DNA of 63,162 nt, filler included, from Octopus bimaculoides (lineage: Eukaryota), in NCBI RefSeq assembly GCF_001194135.2. It is 6 parts of 6 records of this genome, joined end to end, with 100 filler letters (N's around TTAATTAATTAA, not from the genome) between each part and the next. Parts side by side here need not be neighbours in the genome. Positions count along the whole stretch, not along the records: positions 1 to 23,966 come from NC_068987.1; 5 more parts are not named here. One strand, given 5' to 3'. The notes under the pieces are model-generated. The model was given only the letters and a program-made list of their open reading frames with translations, had not been told where the DNA came from and searched no databases. Position 1 is the stretch's first letter. Each line of letters begins with the position of its first letter. Positions 1 to 12,666 of this stretch are shown in pieces. The position numbers and the translations under genes are program-made.

Positions 1-60
1 GAGAGAGAGAGAGAGAGAGAGAGAGCAAGCGAGAGAGAGCGAGATAGAGAGTGAGAGACG
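1..60. repeat. (GA)n microsatellite
   Basis: Direct dinucleotide run at the window start. Confidence 0.95.
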
Positions 61-2842
61 AAGATCAGTTTGTCTTTATAATAGATGTATTATATGTTCA
101 ACATTTAAATTAAATATTATGCACGTTACTGTTTTATTTTTACACGTATGATTCCTCGGTCATTTGAAAAATTGTCTTGCATGAAGCCGGCCTGTGGTGT
201 AAAAATGGTTGGGGGTTGCTGATGTAGAGTACTCTAGGATGTAGCGATATACAAACATACAGAAAATAGCAGTGCTATTCATAGTACATATATTTATGTT
301 CAATACGCCAAGGCTTATATAAAACAAACAGCCTGTACTAGGCACTGCACAGATGTACCATGTAGAGTACTTTCACTCGACTAGAAAACCACAAAGACAA
401 AACACTGCACGTGCACAAAGTATGCTAGAAGTAGTAGTAGTGGTGGTGGTTGTGGTTGGAGCAAGCAGCAATAGCTTTGTGTCTGAATAGATAATTATAT
501 GCTGGGCAATATGTAACCGCTAATGAATCGGGTCACACAATAATACAAGCCATTCGTTGTGAACTGTCACTGAAAATTACTTCATCACAATAACCTGGAA
601 TTTGTCTTTTGAAAGTGATATGGAAATTAAAGCTACAACATGCAACACTGTCATTATAGATTTGGCTATAACAGCCATCTCTATAGTATTAACAGAATTA
701 GAAACAGATAAGCCGAGTATAAAGAGGAGAGAGAGAGAGAAAACCATGTACACACGCGCATATACACACAAATAGACACATACACGCATACATGCATACA
801 TACATATGTGCGTGCGCTTCAAAATGCCAGGTATTTGCAGGTACTACAAAATAAAGCTTTTGTTTATAAGGTTCAGGGGATGGGATGAAATTTGGCATTT
901 GGTTTGGTGATTGCAAGTTATCATGTGCTTCTGCCGTTGACGACTTTGCGGATATGGAAGGAAAATATGAGACGCTGAAAGTATAAGCATCAGAAACTAA
1001 AGTGAAAGACTGGGACATTCTGTCTACATTTATTATCTGTAACAAATCGACAATCATGAACTTATGCCCTTCTGTCCCTCACACAACTTAGCATGTTATA
1101 GAAATCGGTGATTCTGAAGGCAATTGGAAACGCCATCAAGTATCATCTATCTCTTCCCTGGCTGTTTCTTCTTTTAGTTCTAGCTGGTCACCAAGTGGTC
1201 AAGGCTTTTTCTTTCTATACGATGTTCTAAGAACGTAGCCTGTTGTCTTCAGATTTTCACAATCTTTCTGGGGGTCTTTGCTCGTCTAAGCGACTCAACG
1301 TTTGTTACACTTTCAACAGCGGAAACCATCAATATTCTTCCGAGGAAGCACATCTGCGCAGCCACAAATAAACTTTGAAAAAGTATAAAAGAAAAAAAAC
1401 AATAGGTGAGTTGAGATACCTGTGCATCATTTACCTAAATGATCAAATATGACAATAATTATAAAAGCAGCAATAGTAACTGAAGATAGTAAGTTATGCG
1501 ATAAAATCTGATGCATCTGTATGAATAGGAACATTTAAAGAAAATAATATTTCTGAAATACTAATTAGATAGTCAATAAGTGTTTTCTTTTATAAGAAAG
1601 CTAGCGAATGTGTACGGCAACAAAGATAAAAACGGAGAACATGCTATGCAATTACGAATACAAGCAAGTAGAAAATAACAACAGGTGTCTTTCGACTGAG
1701 AACGAATCAAATTGAGTTGGCGTGTATGAAGTGAAAGCCTAAAGGCAGGAACATGGGAGATGGACATAAGAGGTGTTATATATATTTGTGTATGTATGTA
1801 TATATATANNNNNNNNNNNNNNNNNNNNNNNNNNNNNNNNNNATATATATATATATATATATATATAGTATATATTATATTTATATCTTTTTATGTCTGT
1901 GTGTGCATTAGATATCGTATATTTATATACAAATGCACGCGCACGCACACACACACATGTATATATACAGACACATGCTTAAAAAGAGGAAAAATCATTG
2001 TGTAACCACTCGGAATTTCGCTCTTGAAGAGTCTTTTCAGCATGTTCAGGAAACTCCATTATGCCTGTAGTTTAAAACACGTGACTTTCAAAGGATTCAG
2101 ATCACCAGTCTGTAAACATATTGAGAGTAGTTGTAATTCTTGTGTTAAAACATTAGTCGCCTGTTAAGATACATTCCTTTATAAAACAATTTCATATAAG
2201 CGAACAGTTTTAAAAAATTATAGAATTCGCATATTTTGTCATTTCTTCATGACTTTTTCATGAATCCATTCATTCGGTTTAAGTTTGATTCCATATGCAT
2301 ATTTAATTTATCTTGGACATTCCATTTATTATCTAATCCGACGCTTAGAATCTCAACAATAGATTTGGAAATTTATTTATGAGAAAGAGATTAAATAACG
2401 GATTGTTTTCTGACAAAATTAAAAAAAAAAGACATTTTAATTATTAAAACAAAAAATATAAATCTATTAAGACTTTATTTCATATATTGCAAAAGACGTC
2501 TAGGAATTTGACAAATATTTCAGGATAACTGGTATTGTTTAGTAAAGAATGCCAATAACCGAGTTTAAGAAACAAAGTGATAACATCTTGGCAGAAAGTT
2601 CTAAAATTCGTATTTCACCACTGGTGATAGAAACCTTATTTTATATCAGGAAAAAATTATTCTGATGTTATTTAAACAATTTCTTTTAGTAAGCGTAGAT
2701 TTGACTGTGTGACTAAACGGTTCGCTTCGGATCCAAAAGGTTTTAAGTTCGATGCTAGTGCGTACTACCGTGTCTATTTGGTTTCCATTATCATCCACCA
2801 AGGCCATGCGTGTGACAGTTTATTGACTGAAAGTGTGCGGAA

Positions 2843-3320
2843 GACCGGACCTAATGATGGTGGTGGACAAGGTGCACCACATATGCTATATAGTTGCCCC
2901 TTTGACCCACAAATAGTCAAGAAGGCGAAAAGATAGATAGATACAACCCTCTTAAGTACGAAATAGCCCGGCTATGGAAAATGAAGATAAATAAAGTTCT
3001 TTTTAAATCTAAAATATACTCTCCTTCATTTTCTACAATGCTCTTCCATCTATTTGGTAGACTTGCAGGGCGCCTCTTCCAAAATTCACTTGTCCGTGAC
3101 GAAAAATATTCATCCTCGTCTAAAGAAATCCAATTTTTTCCATCCAAATGATTTTGAAAACTGTAAATGATAGTGCCAATTATTGTTGGGTCCTTGGGAA
3201 CAGTATCAGAAGGCATCAAGAGGAATATAAAGGAAATCGGAATAGGGTGCCCAGTAGAACTTACAAAAGGCTTGCGTCCTTGGCACAGCCAGAATAATCA
3301 GGAAAATATTAGATAATTGA
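2843..3320 (+). mobile_element. R4/Dong-clade LINE 3' fragment (RLE nuclease region), interrupted at 2991-3167
   Basis: Translates with frameshifts to RPDLMMVDKVHHICYI..CPFD..KIDRYNPLKYEIARLWKMK / VPIIVGSLGTVSEGIKRNIKEIG..ARIIRKILDN*; closely similar to the minus-strand copy at 22845-23570. Confidence 0.85.
2991..3167 (-). mobile_element. mariner transposase C-terminal fragment
   Basis: FQNHLDGKNWISLDEDEYFSSRTSEFWKRRPASLPNRWKSIVENEGEYILD matches the Mos1-type mariner C-terminus (EF...L..RW..IVE..GEY). Confidence 0.85.
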
Positions 3321-3446
3321 AAAAAAAAAACGAATAGCATGGTACCGTAGGCTGTTGGTAGTAAACCCGCTACGCAAGTCTCGAGGAGCTCCACCAAAAC
3401 CTTTGATAAAGAGGAAATAGTAATGATAATAATGATGTTTCAATTT

Positions 3447-3652
3447 TTGGCAAAACGTCAGTAATTTTAGGGGTAGTGGTTAATCATTTACATCGAGCCC
3501 TCTACTTGATTGGCAGTTTATTTTATCGACCACGACAGAAAGGAAGGTAATATAAATCTCGGCGGGATTTTGAACACAGAACGTAAAAGCCGGAAGAAAT
3601 GCTGCAGAGCATTTTGTTCGATGCGTTAACGATTCTGCTTGCTCTCCACCTT
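3447..3652 (-). mobile_element. tRNA-derived SINE, type A (decayed)
   Basis: Reverse complement of the GGCGGCGAGCTGGCAGAATCGTTAGC...GAGTTCAAATTCCGCC...TTTCATCCTTTCGGGGTCGATAAA consensus seen in many copies in this window. Confidence 0.8.
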
Positions 3653-3885
3653 AACAACAGCAACAACAATGAAGAATTGGAAACGAAGACTATAAGTATC
3701 TTGGTATACTAGAGTTCAATGAAATCATGGCGAAGGAGATGAAAGAACAGCTGAAGAACGAGTATGAATTTATCCCATCCACTCAATTTTGAGTGCAACA
3801 GCAATTGTAGTCTTCGGAAATACTTTTTCTTCAGATGTTCGTTCATTTCTTTCTGGCTGTTTTTTTTTTTTTTACGTCAGGTAGC

Positions 3886-4035
3886 CTAGCGGTTCGGCAA
3901 AAATGAGTACGATAGAGTAAGTACTAGGCTTTTATGAAAGAAGAGTACTGGGGTCGATTCGTTCGATGAAGACTCTTCCAGGCTGTGCCCCAGTATGGTC
4001 GCAGTCCAATGACTGAAGCAAGTAGATGATAAAAA
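3886..4035 (+). mobile_element. SINE type B 3' half
   Basis: GCGGTTCGGCAAAA..GATAGAGTAAGTACTAGGCTT..GGGGTCGATT..GCAGTCCAATGACTGAAGCAAGTA; matches other type B tails. Confidence 0.8.
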
Positions 4036-4344
4036 AAATAATAAAACGTAAGACAAAGTACTAAGAAGCGCATATAGTTCGACGCACTTCTTTCTACCTA
4101 CTGTGCGGAAGTATATTAGAATTGTTACTAATTCTTCTTCAGTCAAGATTAGGTCTTGTTGACGTGAGCGACATTTAGTGATGTAAATCCTAAGAAATGT
4201 TGAATATAATATCAATAGTCCAGTCATGGGCAGGGTCGGAGAGAGATTGCTCTGCTTAGAGATGGACTATCTAATTGCCTTATTGAAATCTAAGCATGCA
4301 TAAACATTTAAATATTGATCTATGGATAACCATGTAAACTTTGT

Positions 4345-4352
4345 ATATGTGC

Positions 4353-4447
<95 letters not shown>

Positions 4448-4452
4448 GAGTT

Positions 4453-4484
<32 letters not shown>

Positions 4485-4534
4485 CTAGCTTACGCTAATT
4501 CAATACACCTCACAAACACACAAGCATACACACA

Positions 4535-4581
<47 letters not shown>

Positions 4582-5000
4582 ATATATATATCTACACATA
4601 TATACATACACATACACGCATGAAAATATTATACCTATTCTAGTACCTAGTGTACGAGTGCTTGTGCTTTTCATGATATGAAAACTTATTGGACAACTAC
4701 ATATGTGCGTGCGTGCGTGCGTGCGTGTGTGTGTGTGTGTGTATGTGTGTGTGTGTGTGCGCGCGTGACACACACACACACGCACAAACATATTTGTTTA
4801 TATATTAAGATGCACACACACGCTTATGTACATACAAACACACAGATGCACACCTAAATACACACACACACACACGCAGCCCCACACGCACAAACAGATA
4901 AATGCACTCTTGTACAGGTATATATGTACATGTATGTCTATAAATATATATACGTACATATACATATATATATATCTATGTGTATATCTATTCATCTCTT

Positions 5001-5038
<38 letters not shown>

Positions 5039-5094
5039 CATCTATATGTATTTATGTGTCTATATATATAGATATATGCATGTATATATTATAT

Positions 5095-5179
<85 letters not shown>

Positions 5180-5250
5180 TTGTATGTATGTATGTATGTA
5201 TGTATGTATGTATGTATGTATATATGTATGTATGTATGTATGTATACTGG
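4345..5250. repeat. Compound microsatellite field: (CA)n, (TA)n, (TATC)n, (TATG)n
   Basis: Direct inspection; explains the HT/YI/YLSI/MYVC pseudo-ORFs. Confidence 0.95.
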
Positions 5251-6059
5251 ACACATGATTCGCATATAGTCAACAAAAGAGTGGAATATCATACAATTAT
5301 CTAATTTTGTACACTTACTCGCAGCATGCAATAGCTATTTCTATCTTTGAATCTAGCAAACCAATATTTGATTCGTTTTAATAGCAACATTTTACATCTC
5401 TATTCGGTTATTCTAACGATACAGTAAAAGCTATTATTTCAGCGCTGATGGTTATATGTTTAATAACCATTATGCAGACAACATTGCCAATGATAGTTAT
5501 GCGAACGACATTATTTTTGCAATTGATTCGAGCATTCCTGCATTTCGTTTTCTCCTCATTCTTCGCAATATTTTCACGTTACTAACATGTCAACATAATC
5601 AGCTTTATTTAAAAAGAAAGACCGATCAAGTATTTACAATGTTTTGTTCATCTATATAATATTTTGAACTTGTGTTTACCTTATGTTCTCACATAGTTCA
5701 ATCAGTTGATGTTCCTTCGTGCAGTGTAATTCTTACAGATTCATATTTGAGCTCAAGTTATATCTTTTAAAGGTATCTACATAACCCTATACAACTTTCT
5801 CGTGATTGGGGTTTCCGCGATTAATTCTTCCCCTGTATTGGTCAAAAGAAGAAACAAACTTGTCAAAAGGCAGATGAGCATTTCACTAAGAAGCCAAAGA
5901 GCAATCATATTCGGAAAGGAAATAGGGTCATCAATCTACCGAAACACACTACTGCTCACATACAAGTTTCTAAGGTTATATATCATGTTTAGATGTTTGC
6001 GATCTTAGTCAGTTTTAGTTTTCAACAATTTATAGTATTCTATTTAACGTACAATCTTT

Positions 6060-6200
6060 TATCGTTTATCTTTTACTTGTTTCAGTCATTGGACTGCAGC
6101 CATGGGTTGGGCTCTGCCTTGAAGGTCCTTAATCGAATAAATCGACCACGATATTTATTTTTAATGTGGTATTTATTTTACCAGTCTCTTTCGACCTGTA
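6060..6200 (-). mobile_element. SINE type B tail fragment
   Basis: TTTTACTTGTTTCAGTCATTGGACTGCAGCCATG motif. Confidence 0.7.
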
Positions 6201-7899
6201 AGGTCTAGTTTATGCTTCAGTTTGGACCGCAAAGCCAAACGAGTTTAATACATAACAACGAACCCAATTTTAACGAAATACGTAATATAGGCATTTATAA
6301 AACTATCAGCAGTATGGAAGATTCGATTTGCTACTAGCACTTTCTACGACACACATTTCCTCCTTACGTTATATTAGAACATGTGATATCAATGAACACT
6401 ATATTGGGGTATACGATACCATCAAACATCGTGCTGGGACATAGCATCACCACTGATGCATGCAGAGAAACAAGAAATATCATGCCCTGATCGAAAATAC
6501 TTTACCCAACACTATTGAGGAAATCACTTGGAACTATAAGGAGCATTTACATAGCAGACCAATTTGCTAGAAATAGTTACCAAATCTCTCTCAGATCCCA
6601 TCCACTGTCTTCAAATATGAGTGCCACACTTGTTAATGTCTTCTTAAAGAGCAGTTACGGTTGGAAAAGGTTTGATCATAGCTATGCCTATTCAGGGATG
6701 AGCTAGGACTAAACATCATCAATAAAATGCATTCAAGCCAATGAAGAAGCCTCTATCACGTGGCTCGACAAATTAAACATAGCAGTCAAATCATAGGTCT
6801 TAGCTCGTCCCTTATCAACTATATCTGATATATCTGGGGGAAAATATGTCAGGCTGATCGTGAGCACTACTGATAACACGTAACCAATACGTATAACCTA
6901 CTGAATAGTCGAGTCACCGGCGACTAAACAGACAATCCTACTTAACATGCTTGGTAAGGGGGGGGGGCAATTTTTGGATACCGTGTGGCGTGAGAGACAA
7001 AACCTGTCAAAGGGCGTTGAATTCGGGAAGGCGAACGGTCATCTAATAGTGTGTTTAAAATGCATGGGAAGTTTGGATTGAGTGTGCAGAGGAAATCCAA
7101 CAATAACAGGTCACATGTCATCAAGCAGAAAGGCAATACCCAACAATGTCGTTGTAGGGGACATACATCAAAGCATCTCAGATGTTCACTATGACAAACT
7201 CACTTTATCCCGAATATACTCCCAATGGTTTTGGCCAGTTTACCATTGGTCCTAGAAGTCAAAGACGAGAGAATGAGACTGGTTATCCGGTGGAGCCCTT
7301 TCTCCCTCCCTATCGTTCGATTTTAATACTTGTCTGGACTCGAGCGTTTTCAGATCACAGAGAGACAGAAGACCTTTTGCGGCGGTCGTGGTATATCACA
7401 CACGTTTGCGACCATGAAATATCTTCTCTTTCATAGTTTCATAGCATGGAAATGTAATATAAGCCAGACCAGTCATAAATTTCTGGTTGTCTGCGTAGCT
7501 GTGTCTTCCGTTACTGTAGTGTATGGAAAGTGAAATTTTAGTCGTCTTTGAAAGCAAAGTACAAACAACAGTCTGGAGTAAAAGGTACATAAATCACATC
7601 TGGTTCTGGTCAACAAGAGAACCTTTACCTGGTCGTAATAACAACCACATCTTCCTTTCAAATCTGTTACTAAGCTGAAAAAAATCTACACATTGAACAA
7701 CGTGTTTAAAAATAGACTGTGCGTGTACATATGCATGCGTATATACATACACACATTTATAAAATCATACAGGTATGTCTACATAGTGTATTATCAGAAG
7801 TCTGTTCTGAAGACACATTTCCAATGAAGTGTATGTAGAAATAAAATGACCCTAGGGGTTGAGATAAATGACAAACCAGCCATTTCTATACTTTCTATA

Positions 7900-8540
7900 T
7901 TTCATTAATTTGATGTTTCTTGTATGTGTATATGCATTTGTATATCTATGAATGTGTATGACATAAATGTACGCATGTGTGTAGGCGTGTATGTATGCAT
8001 ATATATGTGTTTACGTGTGTGTATTTATTTGTTTCTTTCTCACTCTCTGCCTGTCTGTCTCTCTCTCTCTCTGTATGTGTATATGAGTGCATGTTAATAT
8101 GTGTGAGTATGTGTATTTGTTTGTATCTGTATGTATTCTTTTCTTCATTGGAATTTTAGACTTTATTTTAACAGGTTGCCTTTCCGTTGACGAGTTATGT
8201 ATGTATGTATGTATGTATGTATGTATGTATGTATGTATGTATGCATGCATGCATGCGTACATGTATGTACGTATGTACTTACGTACGTATGTATGTGCGT
8301 ACGTACGTACGTACGTATGTATGCATGCTTGTATATACGTATGTACGTATGTATGTATGTGTGTATGTAAGACTGTACACATATATGGGACTCAACATGC
8401 ATGTATATGTTTATGCATGTATGAAGACATACATTCATACATACATACATACATACACACACATATATGTGCGTGTGTGTATGTATATATCTGAGTATGC
8501 ATATATGTATGCATGTCTATATATGTAAACATGTATATGT
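7900..8540. repeat. Degenerate (TATG)n/(TG)n microsatellite field
   Basis: Direct inspection. Confidence 0.9.
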
Positions 8541-9194
8541 GTATGTGTGTATATCTGTATCTCAACAAATACGCATATCGTTGAATTCGTCAATTTATAA
8601 AGGTTTATCTTCCATGTTAAATGCATGAAACACCAAAGAGTAAAAACACATAATTGTGCATATCAGGAATGGATGTGGAATCAGTGAGGTTACATGCTTT
8701 TGACTGTTTCTCTTTAGAATTCTAATATTTCACTTGCAGATATGAATCTATGCAGTCGTTTCGTGAGTAGGTTCCAGATAGACGGCAAAAATCAGCTAAA
8801 TCTTAAATGTCTTGAACCTAACAGAAATATCCTTTTGAATGTCTTGAAGTATTGTACAAAAGTACGAATAAGAGAAATAAAATATATCTTAACCCTACAC
8901 GAAAACATTCGAATTTGACTTCTAAGAATAACAACTTGAAATAGTGATGCCTAAAACAGCTACAAGGTCATAAATCTCGAGTGAAATTAATTATCCACTA
9001 CAGCCAGTAGTTTACTGGTATCCATTTTATGGATGCCTGCTGAATAAAAGGCAAGGTAAAATTCTGGCAGGATTTTTTTTTCTCTCAAAACGTACAGAGA
9101 CGCAACAAAATACCAGAGAGCTCTGTCTCGCACTCAACTGTTTTTGCTGATTAACGATATATTTTTTTAGTAATTAGAAATAATGATTTTTGAT

Positions 9195-9330
9195 AATGGT
9201 TTCAAATTTTGGGGAGGGGTTAAGTCGATTACATCGACACCAGTGCTCAACTGGTACTTATTTATCGACCCCTAAAGGATAAAATGCAAAGTCGACCGCA
9301 GTAGAATTTGAACTGAGAAAGTAAAGACAA
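9195..9330 (-). mobile_element. SINE type A fragment
   Basis: AAGTCGATTACATCGACACCAGTGCTCAACTGGTACTTATTTATCGACCCC..AAAGTCGACC..ATTTGAACT. Confidence 0.8.
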
Positions 9331-9389
9331 TTCTGCTAAGTTTGTGTAGAGTAAGATGTAATCCGTTAAAAGGAATCTAGTACTTAACG

Positions 9390-9535
9390 TGTGCTTTCGG
9401 TATTCTGCGATCACATCGTTCACTCCAACCCATTCTCGAATTATCTCATTTCGAACGTGTTCTCGTAGTGATATATCTAGTATGGTTCTTTCCATGGTCC
9501 TTTGTGTCGCAGCCAGTAGATGTTGTCATAAGAGC
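9390..9535 (-). mobile_element. RTE-clade LINE fragment (post-RT region)
   Basis: LAATQRTMERTILDISLREHVRNEIIREWVGVNDVIAEYRK matches the RTE motif QR.MER..L.ISL..H.RNE.IR. Confidence 0.8.
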
Positions 9536-9539
9536 GCAA

Positions 9540-9780
9540 GTACATACATACATACATACACACATACACACACATACATACATGCATACATACATACATA
9601 CATACATACATGCATGTATACATACATGCATGTATACATACATACATACATACACATATACACACACACATACATACATGCATACATACATACATACATA
9701 CATACATACATGCATGCATGTATACATACATACATACATACACACATACACACACCCACACACGCATAAGTATGCATAAA
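9540..9780. repeat. (CATA)n microsatellite
   Basis: Direct inspection. Confidence 0.95.
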
Positions 9781-10060
9781 TACTCTTTATAATCTATCTG
9801 CGGGATTCGATACTTGTCTTCTGTTCGTTATCATTAGTACACTTAAATGCCTACACATGTGCATTCACATATGAAAATGCATACACATGTGCAAATGTAC
9901 ACGCACGCATACACATACTCACCCACATACAGAGAAATGACAGCGTAGTTGAAAATTTTGCAGCCTTATAATTTCTTCGCTGAGATTCGAGCTCAGCATT
10001 TTAACTAAGAGGTGCAAGGCATTTCTATCCAACGCACTTGTGATTCTAGCAAATAATTTC

Positions 10061-10262
10061 CTTTCTTCTGTAGGCACAAGGCCTGAAATTATGAGGAAGG
10101 GGCTATTCTATTTTATCGACCTCAGTATTTAACTGGTACTTATTTTATCGACCCGGAAAGGATGAAATGCAAAGTCGACCTCGACGGCATTTGAACGTAA
10201 AGTTGTGTGAAATGTTGCTGAGCATTTTGGCCGGAGTGCTAACGATTCTGCCAGCTCGTCAT
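10061..10262 (-). mobile_element. SINE type A
   Basis: Near full-length reverse copy ending CTAACGATTCTGCCAGCTCGTC. Confidence 0.85.
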
Positions 10263-11401
10263 CGTATTCTAGTAAATAATATTGAACACAATTCCATGAA
10301 TAATCTATATAGTGGTTACATCTACGCAAATAGCAATGGGAACAACGGCAACTGTCGCAATAGAAATCGGATAAAATGTCGAAGAAGTGAGCTCTTTAAA
10401 GATAAGCTTTTTGCATTTATAGTTCAAAGAATGTGACTTTTTCGATTTACAACTTCAAGAACCAAGTAGAACTGTTGCATTCTGAAGGACAATTAACAGG
10501 AACTGATGTTGAAAGTCCTTTCGATAGAAAAATAATAATTGTCTCTTAGTGAAAATATTATCAACTTTCTACTGCAATTCTTTTCTGTCTTCAGGTGGAT
10601 GGCACATATTTGTGCACGAAAGGGGAAATGATGGAGTTAGATTGCGACCATTTGCTATTCTCGCAGCTGAATGATAAGTCACCTTTTATCATTGGATTTT
10701 CTTGATAAACCAGAAGTTCAAAACGGAATCCTTTGAAATATTGGAATCAAAAGATTACATTCCAATTGGATTGCCTACACAAAAATTCTTACGGTAAAAA
10801 AAGAAAGCTGTCTACGTCAATAACGTCTACAATGAATGGACGGTAGAAAAAGATTAATAAATAATCTTTTAAAGGAAATTGTTCCTGTCTTCAGAGCGTT
10901 CACATCTTTTACTTACTTTTATTTTTTTGCATATAGTCTTTGTGTGCACAACAATTGTTTATCACCCGGAAGTGAAGTAATATATGTTATATATTGTTAT
11001 AGGTGGCATACTAAAATATGAACATTAGAAAGTAGGATGCAAAGTAACTCATTTTCTTTCTTACTTTGTCTTTGCTAAAGCTGTTTCAGTTACAGAAATG
11101 TAGTAATTATACTCTTTATATTTCCCATAACTACAACTCGCATCAAATCAGTGATGAGTCGGGTCTAAGAGAAAGTCTTTTAACTTAGAAATAATCTTTT
11201 CCAGTTATTTGTTCAATAAATACTATGTGTTATAGTTCATTTCAACATAATCATCAGTTTCATTAGTTTTTAGTGGTAAGGCATGATTCAGAAGAAGAGA
11301 GGGAGACGCTTCCTGGATGAGTTGCTTCGTACTCATTGCACGTCTGCAATATTAAAATATTGTGACCTCTATGATCCAGAATTCCAGCTGCTTTCTGATA
11401 C

Positions 11402-12310
11402 TGGTTTCAAGTCAGCAAGTTCGGGGGAGGGGCTAAGTCGATTAAATCGACCCTGTATTCAACTGGTACTTGTTTTATCGATTCCGAAAGTATGAAAGAC
11501 CCCAGCAGCATTTGAACCCTGAACCTAAGGACAAGTGAAATACCGTAAAGCATTTTTCCCGGCGTGCTAACGATTCTGCCAGCTCGCCGCCTTAAACCTG
11601 CTTTCTAATATAAACACAACTCCACCGGTGAAGCGATTAAATCGACTTCAGTATTTGATTGATTATAATATTTGGCTCATAAATAACTTTCATACCCGGA
11701 CGGACCAAAGGCAAAGCTGACTTTAGTGGGATACAACTTTAGAAAGCAAATGGCCGTAATATTGATTTCAAAAATTTTGGCACGAGGCCAGCAATTTCAG
11801 GGGAGGGATTATATCGAATATATCAACCTCAGTGTTCAACTGGTACTTATTTTGTAGACCCCGAAAGGATGAAGGGCAAAGTCGATCTCTGCGGTATTTG
11901 AACTCAGAACTTAAAGACGGACGAAATGCCTCTAAGCATTCTGCCCGGTGCAGTAATGATTCTACAAGCTCACCGCCTTCAAATGGGCCGTAAAATTATT
12001 TACAACATGACGATGAACAGCGTAATCAGTGGAGTCTTGTTAAGTGGTTATTATTAATATTAACTAGAGGACGGATTAAGTCTACTATTTAAGTAGGCCA
12101 TGGTGAGGTTTGAACTCTGAATGAAAAAAGCTGAAGCAAATACCACATGACAATCTACTCCATTCTTCTCAAATTTCCGTCAATCCACCGCACTTTATTA
12201 GAGCTTTTAGGTAAAGTCAGTCTGGGCGGGATTTTGGACTCAGAATGTAAGGCGCCTGAATTAAAAAAAAGCCTCTATGATTTCGTTCGACGCTCTAACC
12301 ATTTTGCCAG
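11402..12310 (-). mobile_element. Cluster of about five same-orientation SINE type A copies and fragments
   Basis: Copies at about 11402-11595, 11625-11750, 11770-11980, 12040-12130 and 12150-12310. Confidence 0.8.
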
Positions 12311-12606
12311 TTCGTTACCTATTTACAAAACTATTTTACTGGATAAGTAAATTTTATTAAATTATTTTTAAGAAAAATTATAAAAATTAACTTTATTTGA
12401 ACATATTAGTCGGCGTCTTTGTTTAATCAGACTAATGAAGATATCAAGTAAACGGAACAATGCCAATAAAAAAAGAGGCGGTATAAGCAAGCTTCTTTTC
12501 CAGCCAGACATACATTTCCTGGACGCGGAAAACTTTAAGTGATCTTGAAAGATGGTTGGTCTAGTGGCAATAGCAAAGGTGTCGATGGTGTCGGCGGCGG
12601 CAGCAA

Positions 12607-12666
12607 CAGCGTCTGTAGCAGCAGCGTCTGTAGCAGCAGCGTCTGTAGCAGCAGCGTCTGTAGCTG
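12607..12666. repeat. 15-bp minisatellite (CAGCGTCTGTAGCAG)x4
   Basis: Four near-perfect tandem units inside a (GCA)-rich tract. Confidence 0.9.

Noticed and set aside
698-2410. Coding-like minus-strand stretches (119-aa ORF at 698-1057; SKSIVEILSVGLDNKWNVQDKIKYAYGIKLKPNEW and MEFPEHAEKTLQERNSEWLHNDF near 1990-2370)
   Set aside because: No recognisable domain, interrupted by stops and frameshifts, no consistent splice structure
4341-5331. Dozens of 60-380 aa ORFs rich in HT, YI, CV, MYVC, LS or X throughout the window
   Set aside because: Translations of microsatellites or N gaps, which lack stop codons by construction
5400-6000. GPCR-like phrases on the minus strand (CFGRLMTLFPF; SNVKILRRMRRKR; IIGNVVCIMVI)
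   Set aside because: They lie in different frames among many stops; too weak to call without a profile search
7807-7850. CTGAAGA...GAAA hammerhead-like spacing
   Set aside because: The stem II candidate is not adjacent to GAAA and no stem I or III or cleavage triplet can be formed
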